Shown one piece after another: positions 30,005 to 40,842 of a DNA stretch of 64,000 nucleotides (positions are counted from its first letter, which is position 1; every line of letters starts with the position of its first letter). The position numbers and the translations under genes are program-made. The notes beneath the pieces are model-generated. The model worked only from the letters and a program-made list of their open reading frames with translations. It did not search any database and was not told the origin of the DNA. The stretch comes from an uncultured Candidatus Micrarchaeota archaeon (lineage in GTDB: Archaea; Micrarchaeota; Micrarchaeia; Anstonellales; Bilamarchaeaceae): NCBI GenBank assembly GCA_963800555.1, contig CAWDBH010000006.1:5851-69850 (forward strand). Direction: 5' to 3'.

Positions 30005-30252
30005 AGCTCATCGACATACTTGAGTACGCAGTGCTCCTCGCTTTCATCTACACGTTCCTTTACGGGCCGGTCACCGGGAAACTATTCATAATGTACGTCT
30101 CGGTGCTCGGGTTCTTCATCTTCTCGGGAGCATCTTGGTTCGTATCGGCTGATACGCCCGTCGTGAAAGAGTACAAGCGGTATGCGATTTTCATAGAAGC
30201 GATTGCCGTCCTGATCGGGCTAATCATGATGGCGTATGTCTGGTTGTTCTAA
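30001..30252 (+). CDS. Small 3-TM protein inside the ATPase operon
   Basis: 83 aa hydrophobic ORF overlapping the D stop and the I start. Confidence 0.7.
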   Translation: MKLIDILEYAVLLAFIYTFLYGPVTGKLFIMYVSVLGFFIFSGASWFVSADTPVVKEYKRYAIFIEAIAVLIGLIMMAYVWLF

Positions 30253-31682
30253 TGTTCTCCACAAGGAACGTCTATAGGTTCGCGGTGCTCGTGCGCAAGA
30301 GCGATGCAGAGCGTACCATAGAGAAGCTGATCGCTCTGGGCGTCTTCCATCCGAAAAAGGTAGAGAAGAGCTTCGACGGGCCGTTCTCCTCCCGTTCAGC
30401 CACTCGCTTCCTCCCTTACGAAAAGAAGATTGCGGACATCACAGCGAAGATGGAGGCCGCAGGATTGACCTGCAGCGGAAGGCTGAAAATCGATGACCGG
30501 GACAAGTTCCTGGATTCCGCAGTAAAAGACCTCGCGACACTCGAGCAGAAGGCCGAAGCCAACAAGGCGGTCTCCGCGGATCTTCTGAGGCTCAAGGCTG
30601 CGTCAGAGCTCCTGGATTTCAAGAAAGCGGTGTCGGAGCTTTCCAAGTCGAGCGAGATGGCTGATGGATTCGTGATTATCGAGGGTTGGGTGGACAAGGG
30701 CAGCCTGCCGGTGCTGAAGAAGGAATGCGACGGTCCTAACACGCTCTTCGAATACATCGAAGGCGTAGATGGGCCGACGCTCCTGAAGAACCGATGGCCG
30801 TTCTCGCTGTTCGAATACGTGTCCAAGCTGTACCCGCCGTTCCGTTACGGTTCGGTTGACATAACGCCCATAATAGCCATCACATTCCCGATAATCTTCG
30901 GCGTGATGTTCGCGAGCGTTCTCGACGGGCTCATCCTTCTGATTATCGCAGCACTCTGGTATTGGAGGAGCAGAGGCGAGATGCCCCAGCTGCTCGCGAT
31001 ACTTGCGATGTCGGCGATATTCTTCGGATTCCTTTTCGGCGAATCGAGCTTTTTCGGCACGGGACCGGTCATAGACGTCTACAGCAATCCGATACTGCTG
31101 ATCGAGATAAGCATCGGCATCGGGTTCGTCCACATAACGATCGGCCATCTGCTCGGCATCGCCAATTGCCTCTCTGAAGGGAACAAGAAGGAGGCCGTGG
31201 CCCATGTCGGCTACATACTCCTCATGTTCTCCGCGCTCGCTTTCCTGCTCTCACCGCCCATTTCGTACGCGGGCATAGCTATAAGCGTCCTGATGATAAT
31301 CAGCGGAGGCGTAAAATCCATATCCGAAATCCCCCATGCGATAGGGCATCTCTTCTCCTATGCGCGCATATTCGCCATAAGCATTTCGCATTACAGCATC
31401 GCCGCGGTCTTCGACGCGCTGGCAGGGAAATTCGGATGGACGACCCCGGAGGGCATCCTCGTCTCTCTCATAATCCTGATGTGCGGGCATTTCATACTCC
31501 TGACCATCGAGCTGCTGATAGCCCTGGTCCATACGCTGAGGCTCCACATACTCGAGTTCGGGACGAAATTCATGTCCACCGGAACCGAATGGTTCAATCC
31601 TTATAAAGTGATGAATAGATATTCGGATGTGGGATCAGTTGGAAAAATGATCAAGAGGTCGTCTGATGCTGCTGTCACCTGA
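30252..31682 (+). CDS. atpI: A/V-type ATPase subunit I (a), shortened
   Basis: IEGWV, PTLLKN, FPIIFGVMF, SYARIFA (essential Arg), HTLRLHILEFGTKF. Confidence 0.92.
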   Translation: MFSTRNVYRFAVLVRKSDAERTIEKLIALGVFHPKKVEKSFDGPFSSRSATRFLPYEKKIADITAKMEAAGLTCSGRLKIDDRDKFLDSAVKDLATLEQKAEANKAVSADLLRLKAASELLDFKKAVSELSKSSEMADGFVIIEGWVDKGSLPVLKKECDGPNTLFEYIEGVDGPTLLKNRWPFSLFEYVSKLYPPFRYGSVDITPIIAITFPIIFGVMFASVLDGLILLIIAALWYWRSRGEMPQLLAILAMSAIFFGFLFGESSFFGTGPVIDVYSNPILLIEISIGIGFVHITIGHLLGIANCLSEGNKKEAVAHVGYILLMFSALAFLLSPPISYAGIAISVLMIISGGVKSISEIPHAIGHLFSYARIFAISISHYSIAAVFDALAGKFGWTTPEGILVSLIILMCGHFILLTIELLIALVHTLRLHILEFGTKFMSTGTEWFNPYKVMNRYSDVGSVGKMIKRSSDAAVT

Positions 31683-32370
31683 AATCATTGCGGTCATTGG
31701 CGCGCTGATAGCCATAATTGTACCTGGCGTGGGCTCAGGATACGCCATGCAACGGATAGGCGAACTATCGGAGACGCTGCTCAACACGAAGGTGAGCGGG
31801 TTCTTCACCAATTCCCTGGTCTTCTCGGTGCTCGCGGAGACCCCGACCATCTACGGCCTGCTCGTCGCCATACTTATTTTGATCACCATACCCAAAGGCC
31901 TTACAGAACCGCAAAGTTATGCTCTGCTATTATCCGCCATCCAGGTGGCCATACCCGGCATCGCCGCAGCCTACGCGATAGGCCTGGTCGCACAGGCCTC
32001 GCTCATAGCGATCAAGGAGAAGCCGGCCCTTTTCGGGAAGACGCTCATACTCTGCGCGCTTCCTGAGGCGATAGCCATCTACGGCCTGATAATCTCCCTC
32101 CTGGTGCTTCTCGGAGCGGGCGCCTTCGGGGTCGTGAAGGTTACCACTATGGACCAGGTCGGGTCGCTCGCAATCGTTACCATGATAATATCTGTCACGG
32201 CGGTGGTGGCCATATTCATCGGGAGGATAGCCGTCAGCGCTGTGAAGTCCCTGCTCACCAACGAAGGGGCGTTCACCCAATCGCTGATAATCGCCGTCCT
32301 GCCGGAATCAATCGCCATCTACGCCCTGCTCGTGGCCGTGCTGATACTATCGAACAGCGGCCTGGTCTGA
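31666..32370 (+). CDS. atpK: A/V-type ATPase proteolipid subunit K(c), three fused hairpins
   Basis: LAETPTIYGL, LPEAIAIYGL, LPESIAIYAL. Confidence 0.92.
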   Translation: MLLSPEIIAVIGALIAIIVPGVGSGYAMQRIGELSETLLNTKVSGFFTNSLVFSVLAETPTIYGLLVAILILITIPKGLTEPQSYALLLSAIQVAIPGIAAAYAIGLVAQASLIAIKEKPALFGKTLILCALPEAIAIYGLIISLLVLLGAGAFGVVKVTTMDQVGSLAIVTMIISVTAVVAIFIGRIAVSAVKSLLTNEGAFTQSLIIAVLPESIAIYALLVAVLILSNSGLV

Positions 32371-32382
32371 CTGGGGAATGAC

Positions 32383-33663
32383 ATGGCATTGAAGAAGGAG
32401 CTAGGTCTTGTCAATACAGTCCTGAACGGCCTCGGTGTGATTCTAGGCGCCGGCATCTATTCCTTGGTGGCGCTCGGCGCAGGGCTCGCCGGGGACATGC
32501 TCTGGCTGCCATTCTTGATATCAGCGCTGATAGCCGTTTGCACAGCGCTGAGCTATGCCGAGCTCTCAAGCGTGTTCCCGAAGGAGGCGGCCGAATACAA
32601 CTACACCCGCAAGGCCTTCAGCAAGGAATCGCTCTCGTTCTCTGTCGGATGGCTGCTCGCCATAGGTTCCGTGATAGCCGCGGCGACCGTGGCCCTGGGC
32701 TTCGGCGCGTACCTCTCCACCCTCACCGGGATAACTCCGGCCGTCGGCGCCGTCTGCCTCATCTTCGCCATGAGCCTCCTGAATTACTGGGGGATAAAGG
32801 AATCCGCGGCATTCAACAGCTTCTCCACCCTGGTGGAGGTGCTAGGCCTCGTACTGGTGGTTATCATCGCGTTCATGAGCCCGCAGAAATCCGGCGTCGA
32901 TTTCCTCCAGATGCCCGCAGGGGGATGGGCCGGCATAATGGCCGCGGTGTCCGTGGTGTTCTTCGCCTACATAGGCTTCGAGAACCTGGTCAACATCAGC
33001 GAGGAAGTCAAGGACAGCAGGCGCGTGATACCGCTGGCCCTCGTGATCTCCCTCGTAGCCTCCACGCTGCTATATCTGCTGGTGTCCATAGCCGCCATCC
33101 ACGCGGTGGGGTGGGAAGCGCTCTCCCAGTCCAAGGCCCCGCTCACTCTGGTCGTCACAGAGGAGCTCGGCCCGTACGCCTCGGTATTGTCGTACATCGC
33201 GCTCTTCGCGACCGCCAACACGGTCCTCATGTTCCTGATCGTCTCCTCGCGCATACTCTACGGCATGTCGGAGGGCGGCTCCCTCCAGAAGCTCTTCTCC
33301 AGGACCGGCTCGCGCGGGACGCCGTACCTCTCCGTGGCGGCCGTGGGGCTGGTGGCCGCGGTCATCGCTTACGCCCTGGACATCCAGACCGTGGCGCAGC
33401 TGGCCGACCTCGCGGTGTTCATAGCCTATCTATTCGTGAACGCTTCGCTGATATCGCTGGCCGGCTCGAAATACAGCCGCGGGTTCGAGAGCCCGCGCAT
33501 CCTCGGGATCCCCGCCCTCGCATGGTTAGGACTCATCTCCGCCCTTTTCCTACTCACGAATTTCCCGCCCGTGCTGTGGCTGATAGAAGCTGCAATCGTG
33601 CTGGTCGGGCTCGTGTTTTTCCTCTTGAACAGGACTAAGAACGTATTTTTATTCCCACCCTGA
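32383..33663 (+). CDS. APC family amino-acid permease
   Basis: ILGAGIY, SYAELSS, FFAYIGFE..N.SEE, SRILYGMS. Confidence 0.93.
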   Translation: MALKKELGLVNTVLNGLGVILGAGIYSLVALGAGLAGDMLWLPFLISALIAVCTALSYAELSSVFPKEAAEYNYTRKAFSKESLSFSVGWLLAIGSVIAAATVALGFGAYLSTLTGITPAVGAVCLIFAMSLLNYWGIKESAAFNSFSTLVEVLGLVLVVIIAFMSPQKSGVDFLQMPAGGWAGIMAAVSVVFFAYIGFENLVNISEEVKDSRRVIPLALVISLVASTLLYLLVSIAAIHAVGWEALSQSKAPLTLVVTEELGPYASVLSYIALFATANTVLMFLIVSSRILYGMSEGGSLQKLFSRTGSRGTPYLSVAAVGLVAAVIAYALDIQTVAQLADLAVFIAYLFVNASLISLAGSKYSRGFESPRILGIPALAWLGLISALFLLTNFPPVLWLIEAAIVLVGLVFFLLNRTKNVFLFPP

Positions 33664-33676
33664 CACAAATTTATAT

Positions 33677-36600
33677 ATGGCGCAAAAGGAGATCGAGCCT
33701 TCTCAGCAGCTGCTGGACCAGACCGGCCAGAAGCGGGACCTCTCCGTAGTGCCGCAGATCAGGCCAATCGATATCAAGAACGATATCGCCCGCTCATCAT
33801 CCGCCCTAGACAAGATGGACATACCAGCCCTCGGAATGAGATTCAAGGCCGAGCTCGAACGCACCAGGGAGCTGCTGAACGCATCCAAGGACGCGGTTTC
33901 CCTAGATAAAGCGAAGGAGAGGATCGAGCGCCTCTCCGGATTCTTCAAGGCCGAGAGCGGCATCCTGGGGAACGTCCCATCCGAGCTGCCCAGACGCTTG
34001 ACGCTCGAAAAGATAATCGATGCGATAGACTCCACGCTCGGCGATCCCGTCCGCGCGAAATCCGTGCTCGAGGCCGCGTCGCTGTACATTGCGCATGCGG
34101 GCAGGTACAACGCAGAGCGCGCCGAGCGGGACGCGCTTTTCGATTTCATGGTAGATAAGGGTGCCGCAGCCGGCTCCCCGTACAACAGGCTGGATGAAGG
34201 CATCCTGCGCTCGTTCCAGGCGAACGCCCTCATCATGGAGGATAACGAGAAGAAATTGGTCGCCGCCTGGCGCAAGGAGATCTCGCGCCAATTGCCCCTT
34301 GTGAAAAGCCCTTCGGTGGCTGGCGCCCTCAAGTCATTGGACCAGGATCCTGAAATCGAACGATATCAATGCCGAGGAATCCGCGCAGCGCTACCGCGCC
34401 ATCATGGGCATCGCCCCCCCGCTCACCGCGGAGACGAGGCTCGGGTCCATGCGCGATTCCGCGTTCGAGCTCTCGAACAAGGCGGGCGATACTGGCTGGT
34501 ACGGGACGAAAGCCCTCGAGGCGCTAGATTCCGGGGATTCCGGCATGGCGTCGCTGGCGCTTTCCATGGGCATGCTCAGCAACGCATCAGGTTCACAGTA
34601 TCTCGTTCCGGGGACTCGCAAGGAGATATCGGAGAAAATCATCAAGCGCGAGGCAATACCCCGCCCGCAGCTGAGCCGCTATCTGGACGAGGTGCATTCC
34701 GCGACCATACTGGTGGAGAGCGCGCGATTGGAGCGCGAGGCGCCGCTGGTCGGCACGCAGGAGCGCAGATCCATGGCCGAGACGATCCGCCTGGCAGCGA
34801 CCGAAATCCGCGAGCGCGCATCGGACGGGGATCTGGAATCCGCGAGGCGGCTGATAGAGATGGCAGATGGCTATTCCCGGCTCGTCAAGGCGAATGGCTG
34901 GAAGGCGTGGCCTGGCTCGTCGGAGATGGCAGCGGGGCTGCGCGAAGAGCTCAAAGGAAATGATGGCACGGCGGCTTTCGAGGCGGGGCTCGCGGTTTCG
35001 TCTTTCGCAGGCGAGACCAAAGAGTTCCGCGCCGAGATCTCGAAATGGGGGCACGGCTTATCATCGGAGAAGGAAGCCGTCTCCGAGGCGCTGTCGAAAG
35101 TGGACGAGCTCGCAGGTTCGGGGGGGTCCGCTGAAGCGAGGCGCGTGCTCTCATGCGCGGTGATGTACGCCGATGCGGTCGTCCGCCTCAGCAACGTAGG
35201 GCGTGGGAGCCCGTCCGAGATAGACGGGCACGTCCCTCCGGGCATCCTCGTAGGCATGGAATCATCGCTCTCCGCTATCATATCCGGGGATGTCGCGGGA
35301 AAAAGCGCCGAGGACGCTTTCATGGCCGGGTATTCGGCATGCATGCAGACATACGCCACGCTGCGCGCGAGCTCTTTATCATCGCTCATGCGAACCCGTC
35401 CTGCGGGGCAGGAGACGATCAAGGCAGCGCTCGAGGAATCGAGATCCAGGAGTGCGGCCGGGGATTTCCCGGGCGCGATTAGCCTGCTGACCTATGTCGA
35501 GGAGTTCTACGGCCCGCGCACTCCGAAGGCCGCAGCCGGCTGGAGATACGACCAGCTCAATTCCAAGGTCGACGGGTTCAGCCGCGGCAGGGACGGGATG
35601 GTACAGGCCATCGCTGCCGAGCTCAGAGCATCCAAACAGGATGGGCATGCTTCAGCGGAGAGGCTTTTCGACAGCTCGTTATCGCTCATATCAAGCACGC
35701 AGAACATGGTCGCCGGATTCGGCGTCCTCAAGGACATGTACTCGGGGAAGGTCCCGATGCTGCCGAAAGTGGCGGCAGGGGAGGTCCCGCTCGGAAATCT
35801 TCGCAAGGACGGCACCTACCAAGTCATACCATTGGAGCAGGTGAAGCGGTTCGAGGCGGATCCGTCCATGAAGAAAGGCCCGCGGCTGGAGAAGCTCCTG
35901 GACGATTGCCGCGCCGCCGCGCAGAGCGGAGATGCGGATGCGTACGGCCGCGCGGTGAAGGCGTTCAACGAACGTTTCGGGCTCGTCACGAACGGGGCCG
36001 TGAGGGCGCGGGCGTTCTCGGATGCGGCCAAGCAGGTGGACCAGGCGATGCTCGGCATCGGCCAGATGCGCGAGGTGTACGGGTCGGGCAAGGGAAGGGA
36101 CGATATCCTGGTCGCGCTCGGGCTGAAGGCGATCGAGATACGGGACAAGCTGGCGAAAGGCAAATTCCCGGAAGCGGAATTGGCATCGCTGATATCCGAC
36201 CTCGGCACAGAGCGGAAGCTCGCGATGGGGGTCAGCCTGCTGAACCAGCAGATAGGCGTCGGAGACGAATATTCCAAGTATGCCAGGTCCGAGAACGAGC
36301 CCCAGACCGTGGCGCATCTGGCACGCTCCATGGAGAGCCTGCTCCAGGCGAAGAGCCTGCTGATCGCAGGGAAAGCCGATGAGGCGCGTGGGAAATACGA
36401 GGCCGCGATGCATTACCGCACCAACGCGCTCATCTCGTACAGCGCCGAGAACGCTGTGAACCTGGAGGTCACGGCCACGGCCCACCGGAGGCGGCCCGGG
36501 CCGAGCGGGATAGACGAGCGCTTCTTCCCGGCATTCTGGTACAAACGGCAGGAGGCGGAGTTCGGCGGCTATTTCTCATCGATGATGGGCGTATTCGATT

Positions 36601-38903
36601 CGATGGTCGGAGGAGAGCTCACCAAGCAGGCGCGGGACGCGGGTAGGGGCTCAATGCTAGTGGAGAGCTCAATATTCGGGGTGCCTGCGAACGCCCCGAG
36701 CCAGTTCCTGGACAGCTTCAGGCGGGAGCAGGGCGAGGTCAGGAACCGGGTGCTGCACGGCGATCTCGCTGGCGCGGAGCGGATAGTCAAGTCCATGCAG
36801 GAGCGCGCGGAGACGAACCGGTGGGTCGCGAACGCAGCGCTCATCGGAGTCGGATTGGGGACCGCGTTCATACCTGTCGTAGGGGTATGGATATCCGGTT
36901 CCATATTCACGGGGATGGCCGTGGACCGGATCGCGACGGAATACCGGCGCGACGGGCATGCGTCAACCGAAGCATGGCTCATGCTCGGCCTCACGGTCGG
37001 TACGTTGGGTATTGGAGTGGCCGCGAGCGCCACCGCGCGCATGGCTAACCTCGCAGGGACCGCAGCTAGGACGAGCAGGCTGCTCTCGCTCTCAAAAGGA
37101 TTCACATACGCCAACATCGGCGTCGGCTCATTCATGTTCGGGTACATGGGCGCGAGCACCTGGAGCGTCTACCAGGATTACAAGGCAGGGAACGCGCACT
37201 CCAGGGATGTCATATTATCCGCAGGCATGACGCTCTTCCCTGTCGTGCACATGACCGTGTCCGGCGTCTCGGCTTATCGGGCCAGGACCGTGGCCGCGCG
37301 GGCGGGCCAGATCCTGCCTACTGATCCGGAGTTCGATCCCACGCCCGGCAGGTTCAATACTACGGAGGTCCAGGTGCCCGGGTTCGACTCGCCCGAAGGC
37401 ATATTCGGATTCATGCAGCGCCTTTCCGGCCAGGACCCGCTGGCGGTCGCGCAGTTCGGGCGGCTCCCAGCTCCGACCAGGTCCGCCTTGGTTTCGTGGA
37501 TGAGCAAGCAGGGCCCGGTGCGCACTGCCCTGGAGGCCGGCACGCCAAACGACCTCGCCATGCGGGGCATACGCGATGGCATGCCGCAGCACGAGACCCG
37601 CGCCCAGGCCGACATGGTGCTGCTCACAGACCGCGCGCAGCTGGCCGGATTGCTGAGGGATATCCTGAACCCTGGCAAGACTCCCGGCGAGCTTTCGCAG
37701 AGGAACGCCGCGCACGCGACACTGGAGAGGATACGCGCTTCGAATCCCGATGCGGCACGATACATCGACCGGCTAGTGAATGACGAGGCTTACAGCGGCT
37801 TGAGGTTGGATCTGCTTTCGGGTAAGCCGCTCTCGCAAAGGAGCGTCACGATCCTGCAGAACAATTCTGTCTTGATAGGCGCGGAGCTGCCCCAGGAGAT
37901 GCGGCCCATCGCGGCGGCAATGGGAGAAAGGGAGCCGACCCGGGCCAGCGCAGGAGACGAATCCGGAAGGAAAACAGAGCCCAGGATGGGAAGCGTTACC
38001 CCAACCCGCGGCGAATCGGTTGAGGTCGAGGGTACATCAAAAGCTCCGGAAACTACCCCGAAGGAGAAGATCAAACTCACGGTCGAAGAGAGCAAAGCGT
38101 TCGTGGACAATCCTAAAACGGTCGTAAGAGGGCTCGGCCTCGACCCGGTCGTGGAGGATATAGCCGTCAACAACATAGCTGAGGATAGATGGCTTGATCC
38201 TGCGAACAAGCAACAGGCCGAGATGAATCGGGATCGAGCGCTAGTATATGCTGAGATGGATAAATATTTCCGGGATGCTGCCAAGGAGCTCGGCTGGAGC
38301 CAGGACGCGATCAACCAGTATTCCAAATCGTTCATCTCATTGCTGGACATATCTGAAAGGAACGGTTACACGACTTACGGCCATTCGATGCGAGTGGCGG
38401 AGTATACAGATATGGTGCTGAGGGGCAGGGCAGACATATCTCCTAAAGAAAAGGCCAAGATACGGCTCGCCGCGCTCATCCACGATGTCGGGAAAATCGG
38501 GGTGGCGAATGATCTGTGGCGATTCCCCAGTATCCCCCCAGACTCAGACAAAATCCTGATAGATGCCCATTCTACCCATTCCAAAACAATAGCTGATGGG
38601 CTTTACGCCAGGATCGGCATTGTCAATGAAAAGGAATTCAAGGATATTTCAACAATGGCCGGATACCATCAGGAATATTACGATGGCACGAAGCATAATC
38701 ATGTGAAGGGCAATAATATTCCACTGGGGACAAGGATAATATCAATCGCAGATACGTATGATGCTATGACATCTAACCGATCATACAGGAAAGCGTTACC
38801 CTCAGAAACCGGAATTAATCAAATCCAGAAATTTCGTGACATCCAATTTGATCGGAAACTTGCTGATGAATTCGTCGAGCGCATTAAAGAGAAAGGAAAG
38901 TGA
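33677..38903 (+). CDS. Giant (~1740 aa) helical membrane protein with a C-terminal HD-GYP-like domain; +1 frameshift near 34342-34346
   Basis: ORF 33677 joins ORF 34404 if one base is removed at GACCAGGATC; hydrophobic cluster ~36820-37270; HSMRVA, IHDVGK, HQEYYDG, ADTYDAMTSNRSYRK. Confidence 0.75.
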
Positions 38904-38906
38904 TAA

Positions 38907-39536
38907 TTATAGTATGCCGGCCCTGATTAGACCGAGCGTCACCCCACCAATTGACTGTGGAATCACGTGCATCACCCCGAATCTTCCTTCAGCTCTAGCA
39001 CCAAAATCAAGAAGGTAATTTAGCATATCCTTTTTCTCATTAATGGGGCTGCAGTGAAAAATAGCCATGGTCGCTTCCTCAATGACTTCCTTCCTGTCTT
39101 CCGCAAAAATCATTTTCTCCATCCGTTCGACGAAATCCTCCGGCTTGGGGAATGGTCCTGCGTTAGAGGTCGTGCACAAAGCCTTGATCAGCCCGAGTTT
39201 CACTTCCCTGTCCGGCTCCTTCTCGATCGCGGTGATCAGGGGTTCGAATGAATATTGGGCTATTAATTTTTTGGTAATAACCTCTCCCGACTTGGTTTCA
39301 TCTGGTTTTTTGGTTAGCAGCCCCTTCAGCATCGCTGCCCCACTCATACGTGAGGTCGTATCTCCTCCAGATATCAGGCGGAGCGCTTCATTCATGCTAC
39401 CTTTAGAAGCGGAATCACTAGTCGGTCCCTCTTGCATACCCTGCGTTCTACGAAGAGCTGTTTGTGGGTGTGCACTGGGAGAAGTTGAATCTGCCTCGGC
39501 CGGCCTTCTGCGTCTGTTCATCTCTGTTTGAGCCAT
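38907..39536 (-). CDS. HEAT-repeat-like protein, paralog 1
   Basis: EAL..I...D...R..GA, FEPL..A.E.EPD.EVK..L.KAL. Confidence 0.75.
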   Translation of the reverse strand: MAQTEMNRRRRPAEADSTSPSAHPQTALRRTQGMQEGPTSDSASKGSMNEALRLISGGDTTSRMSGAAMLKGLLTKKPDETKSGEVITKKLIAQYSFEPLITAIEKEPDREVKLGLIKALCTTSNAGPFPKPEDFVERMEKMIFAEDRKEVIEEATMAIFHCSPINEKKDMLNYLLDFGARAEGRFGVMHVIPQSIGGVTLGLIRAGIL

Positions 39537-39611
39537 ATTTACCAAATATAATTATGCTTGAAACAGTATAAAAAAGTATGGTTTTGGTCTATGTAATGAT
39601 ATGGAAGTAGT

Positions 39612-40166
39612 TCACAATATGAAAGTGAGCGCGGCCCATCTTGTATCCACCGTTACGATATCCATTATCGCCCCGCTGATCGCGAGCACGACCTGCTCAC
39701 TGACCTCCAGAGCGATATACCTGCGTCTGATATCTCCCTCCAGGGCAATCAGCCTTTCCATCGCATCAGTTCTGTCGTAGCTGAAATGGTGGAGGGCCAG
39801 GGCCGCTTCCCAGACTACTTTATCGTCTCTCTCCCTGCGGATCAATCTCTCGAGGCGCGGGACGGTGTCGCCCGGCCTTCGGAAATCCTGAGTCGGGATC
39901 GAATTGAGCACCTTGAGGAGATGGTACCTCACTTCAGCATCAGGCTCTCTTTCAGCAGCCACCAGCGCGGGTTTGAACGCCATCGGGGACCCGAGTTTCT
40001 CCAGGGTCTTCGCCCCCTCCAGCCGCTCTTTCCTATCCTGCAGGGTTATCTGGAGGAGGGCCTGCTGCAACCCGCCGGCTTCTTTCTGCGCGGCGAATTC
40101 CCGCTGTTTCGGTTTGGATCTAAATGGGATTATGTCTGCCTCTCTCCCTCCGCCCATCAGCTCCAT
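39612..40166 (-). CDS. HEAT-repeat-like protein, paralog 2
   Basis: QALLQIT.QDRKERLEGA, AFKPAL.AAEREPD.EVR..LLKVL. Confidence 0.75.
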   Translation of the reverse strand: MELMGGGREADIIPFRSKPKQREFAAQKEAGGLQQALLQITLQDRKERLEGAKTLEKLGSPMAFKPALVAAEREPDAEVRYHLLKVLNSIPTQDFRRPGDTVPRLERLIRRERDDKVVWEAALALHHFSYDRTDAMERLIALEGDIRRRYIALEVSEQVVLAISGAIMDIVTVDTRWAALTFIL

Positions 40167-40268
40167 ATCATGGGATATCCTAGCTACAATATAAAAAACA
40201 TGAGTTTTGTTCTATGTATCTATATGTAAGCTAATGAAATCCACCTGGTCCGAATCGAAGGAGCTAGT

Positions 40269-40820
40269 TCATTTGCACAATTCGACCATCACGTCCAGGA
40301 TCGCAACCCGAACAATATGGTCGTTCCCGAATCTGCGCTTCGCCTTGTCATTCAATCTCAAAACATTCTCCGGGGCAGTGGGGTTGTCATTGCTCAGACG
40401 GAAGATCGCCCGGGCAGCTTCCCTGACCACGTTCGCATCCGTTTCCTTAAGGGTAAGCTCCTCAATACGCTGTATCGTATTCGCTGGCATGGTGAACTGC
40501 AACGGGGCCGAGCCCAACGCCTTTAGGAAACTGCGTTTTACCTCCTTATCCCGCTCGCTCTCAGCCAGGGTAAGCAGCGGATCGAACGCTCTCTCGGCAA
40601 GCTTCGGGTCGATAGGCTCCTTCGACATAAGCCTCATGATCGTTTCCGCGCCCTTGATCCTCCGTTCCGGAGACTGCCCGCATATCTGCATGAGCGCTTC
40701 CTCCAATTCAGCGTTTCCCTCGAACCTGGCGAACTCCTGTCTCCCTCCAACTAATCCAGGAGGTGCATTTGTCTTGATGCCACTAGATTCCAATCCGGTC
40801 CTCTTCGCTGATCTGGCCAT
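40269..40820 (-). CDS. HEAT-repeat-like protein, paralog 3
   Basis: EALMQI....E.RIKGA, AFDPLL...ESERDKEVK..FLKAL; likely start MARSAK. Confidence 0.75.
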   Translation of the reverse strand: MARSAKRTGLESSGIKTNAPPGLVGGRQEFARFEGNAELEEALMQICGQSPERRIKGAETIMRLMSKEPIDPKLAERAFDPLLTLAESERDKEVKRSFLKALGSAPLQFTMPANTIQRIEELTLKETDANVVREAARAIFRLSNDNPTAPENVLRLNDKAKRRFGNDHIVRVAILDVMVELCK

Positions 40821-40842
40821 ATCATCAAGCCTTTCCGCTCTC

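Noticed and set aside
32538-33638. 366-aa alternate-frame ORF and similar long shadow ORFs (7491-8513, 20037-20945, 41485-42633)
   Set aside because: Arg/Pro/Gly-rich off-frame or antisense products of GC-rich real genes
34350-34963. C-terminal half of ORF 33677-34963 as real protein
   Set aside because: Off-frame read-through after the frameshift; overlaps the true frame
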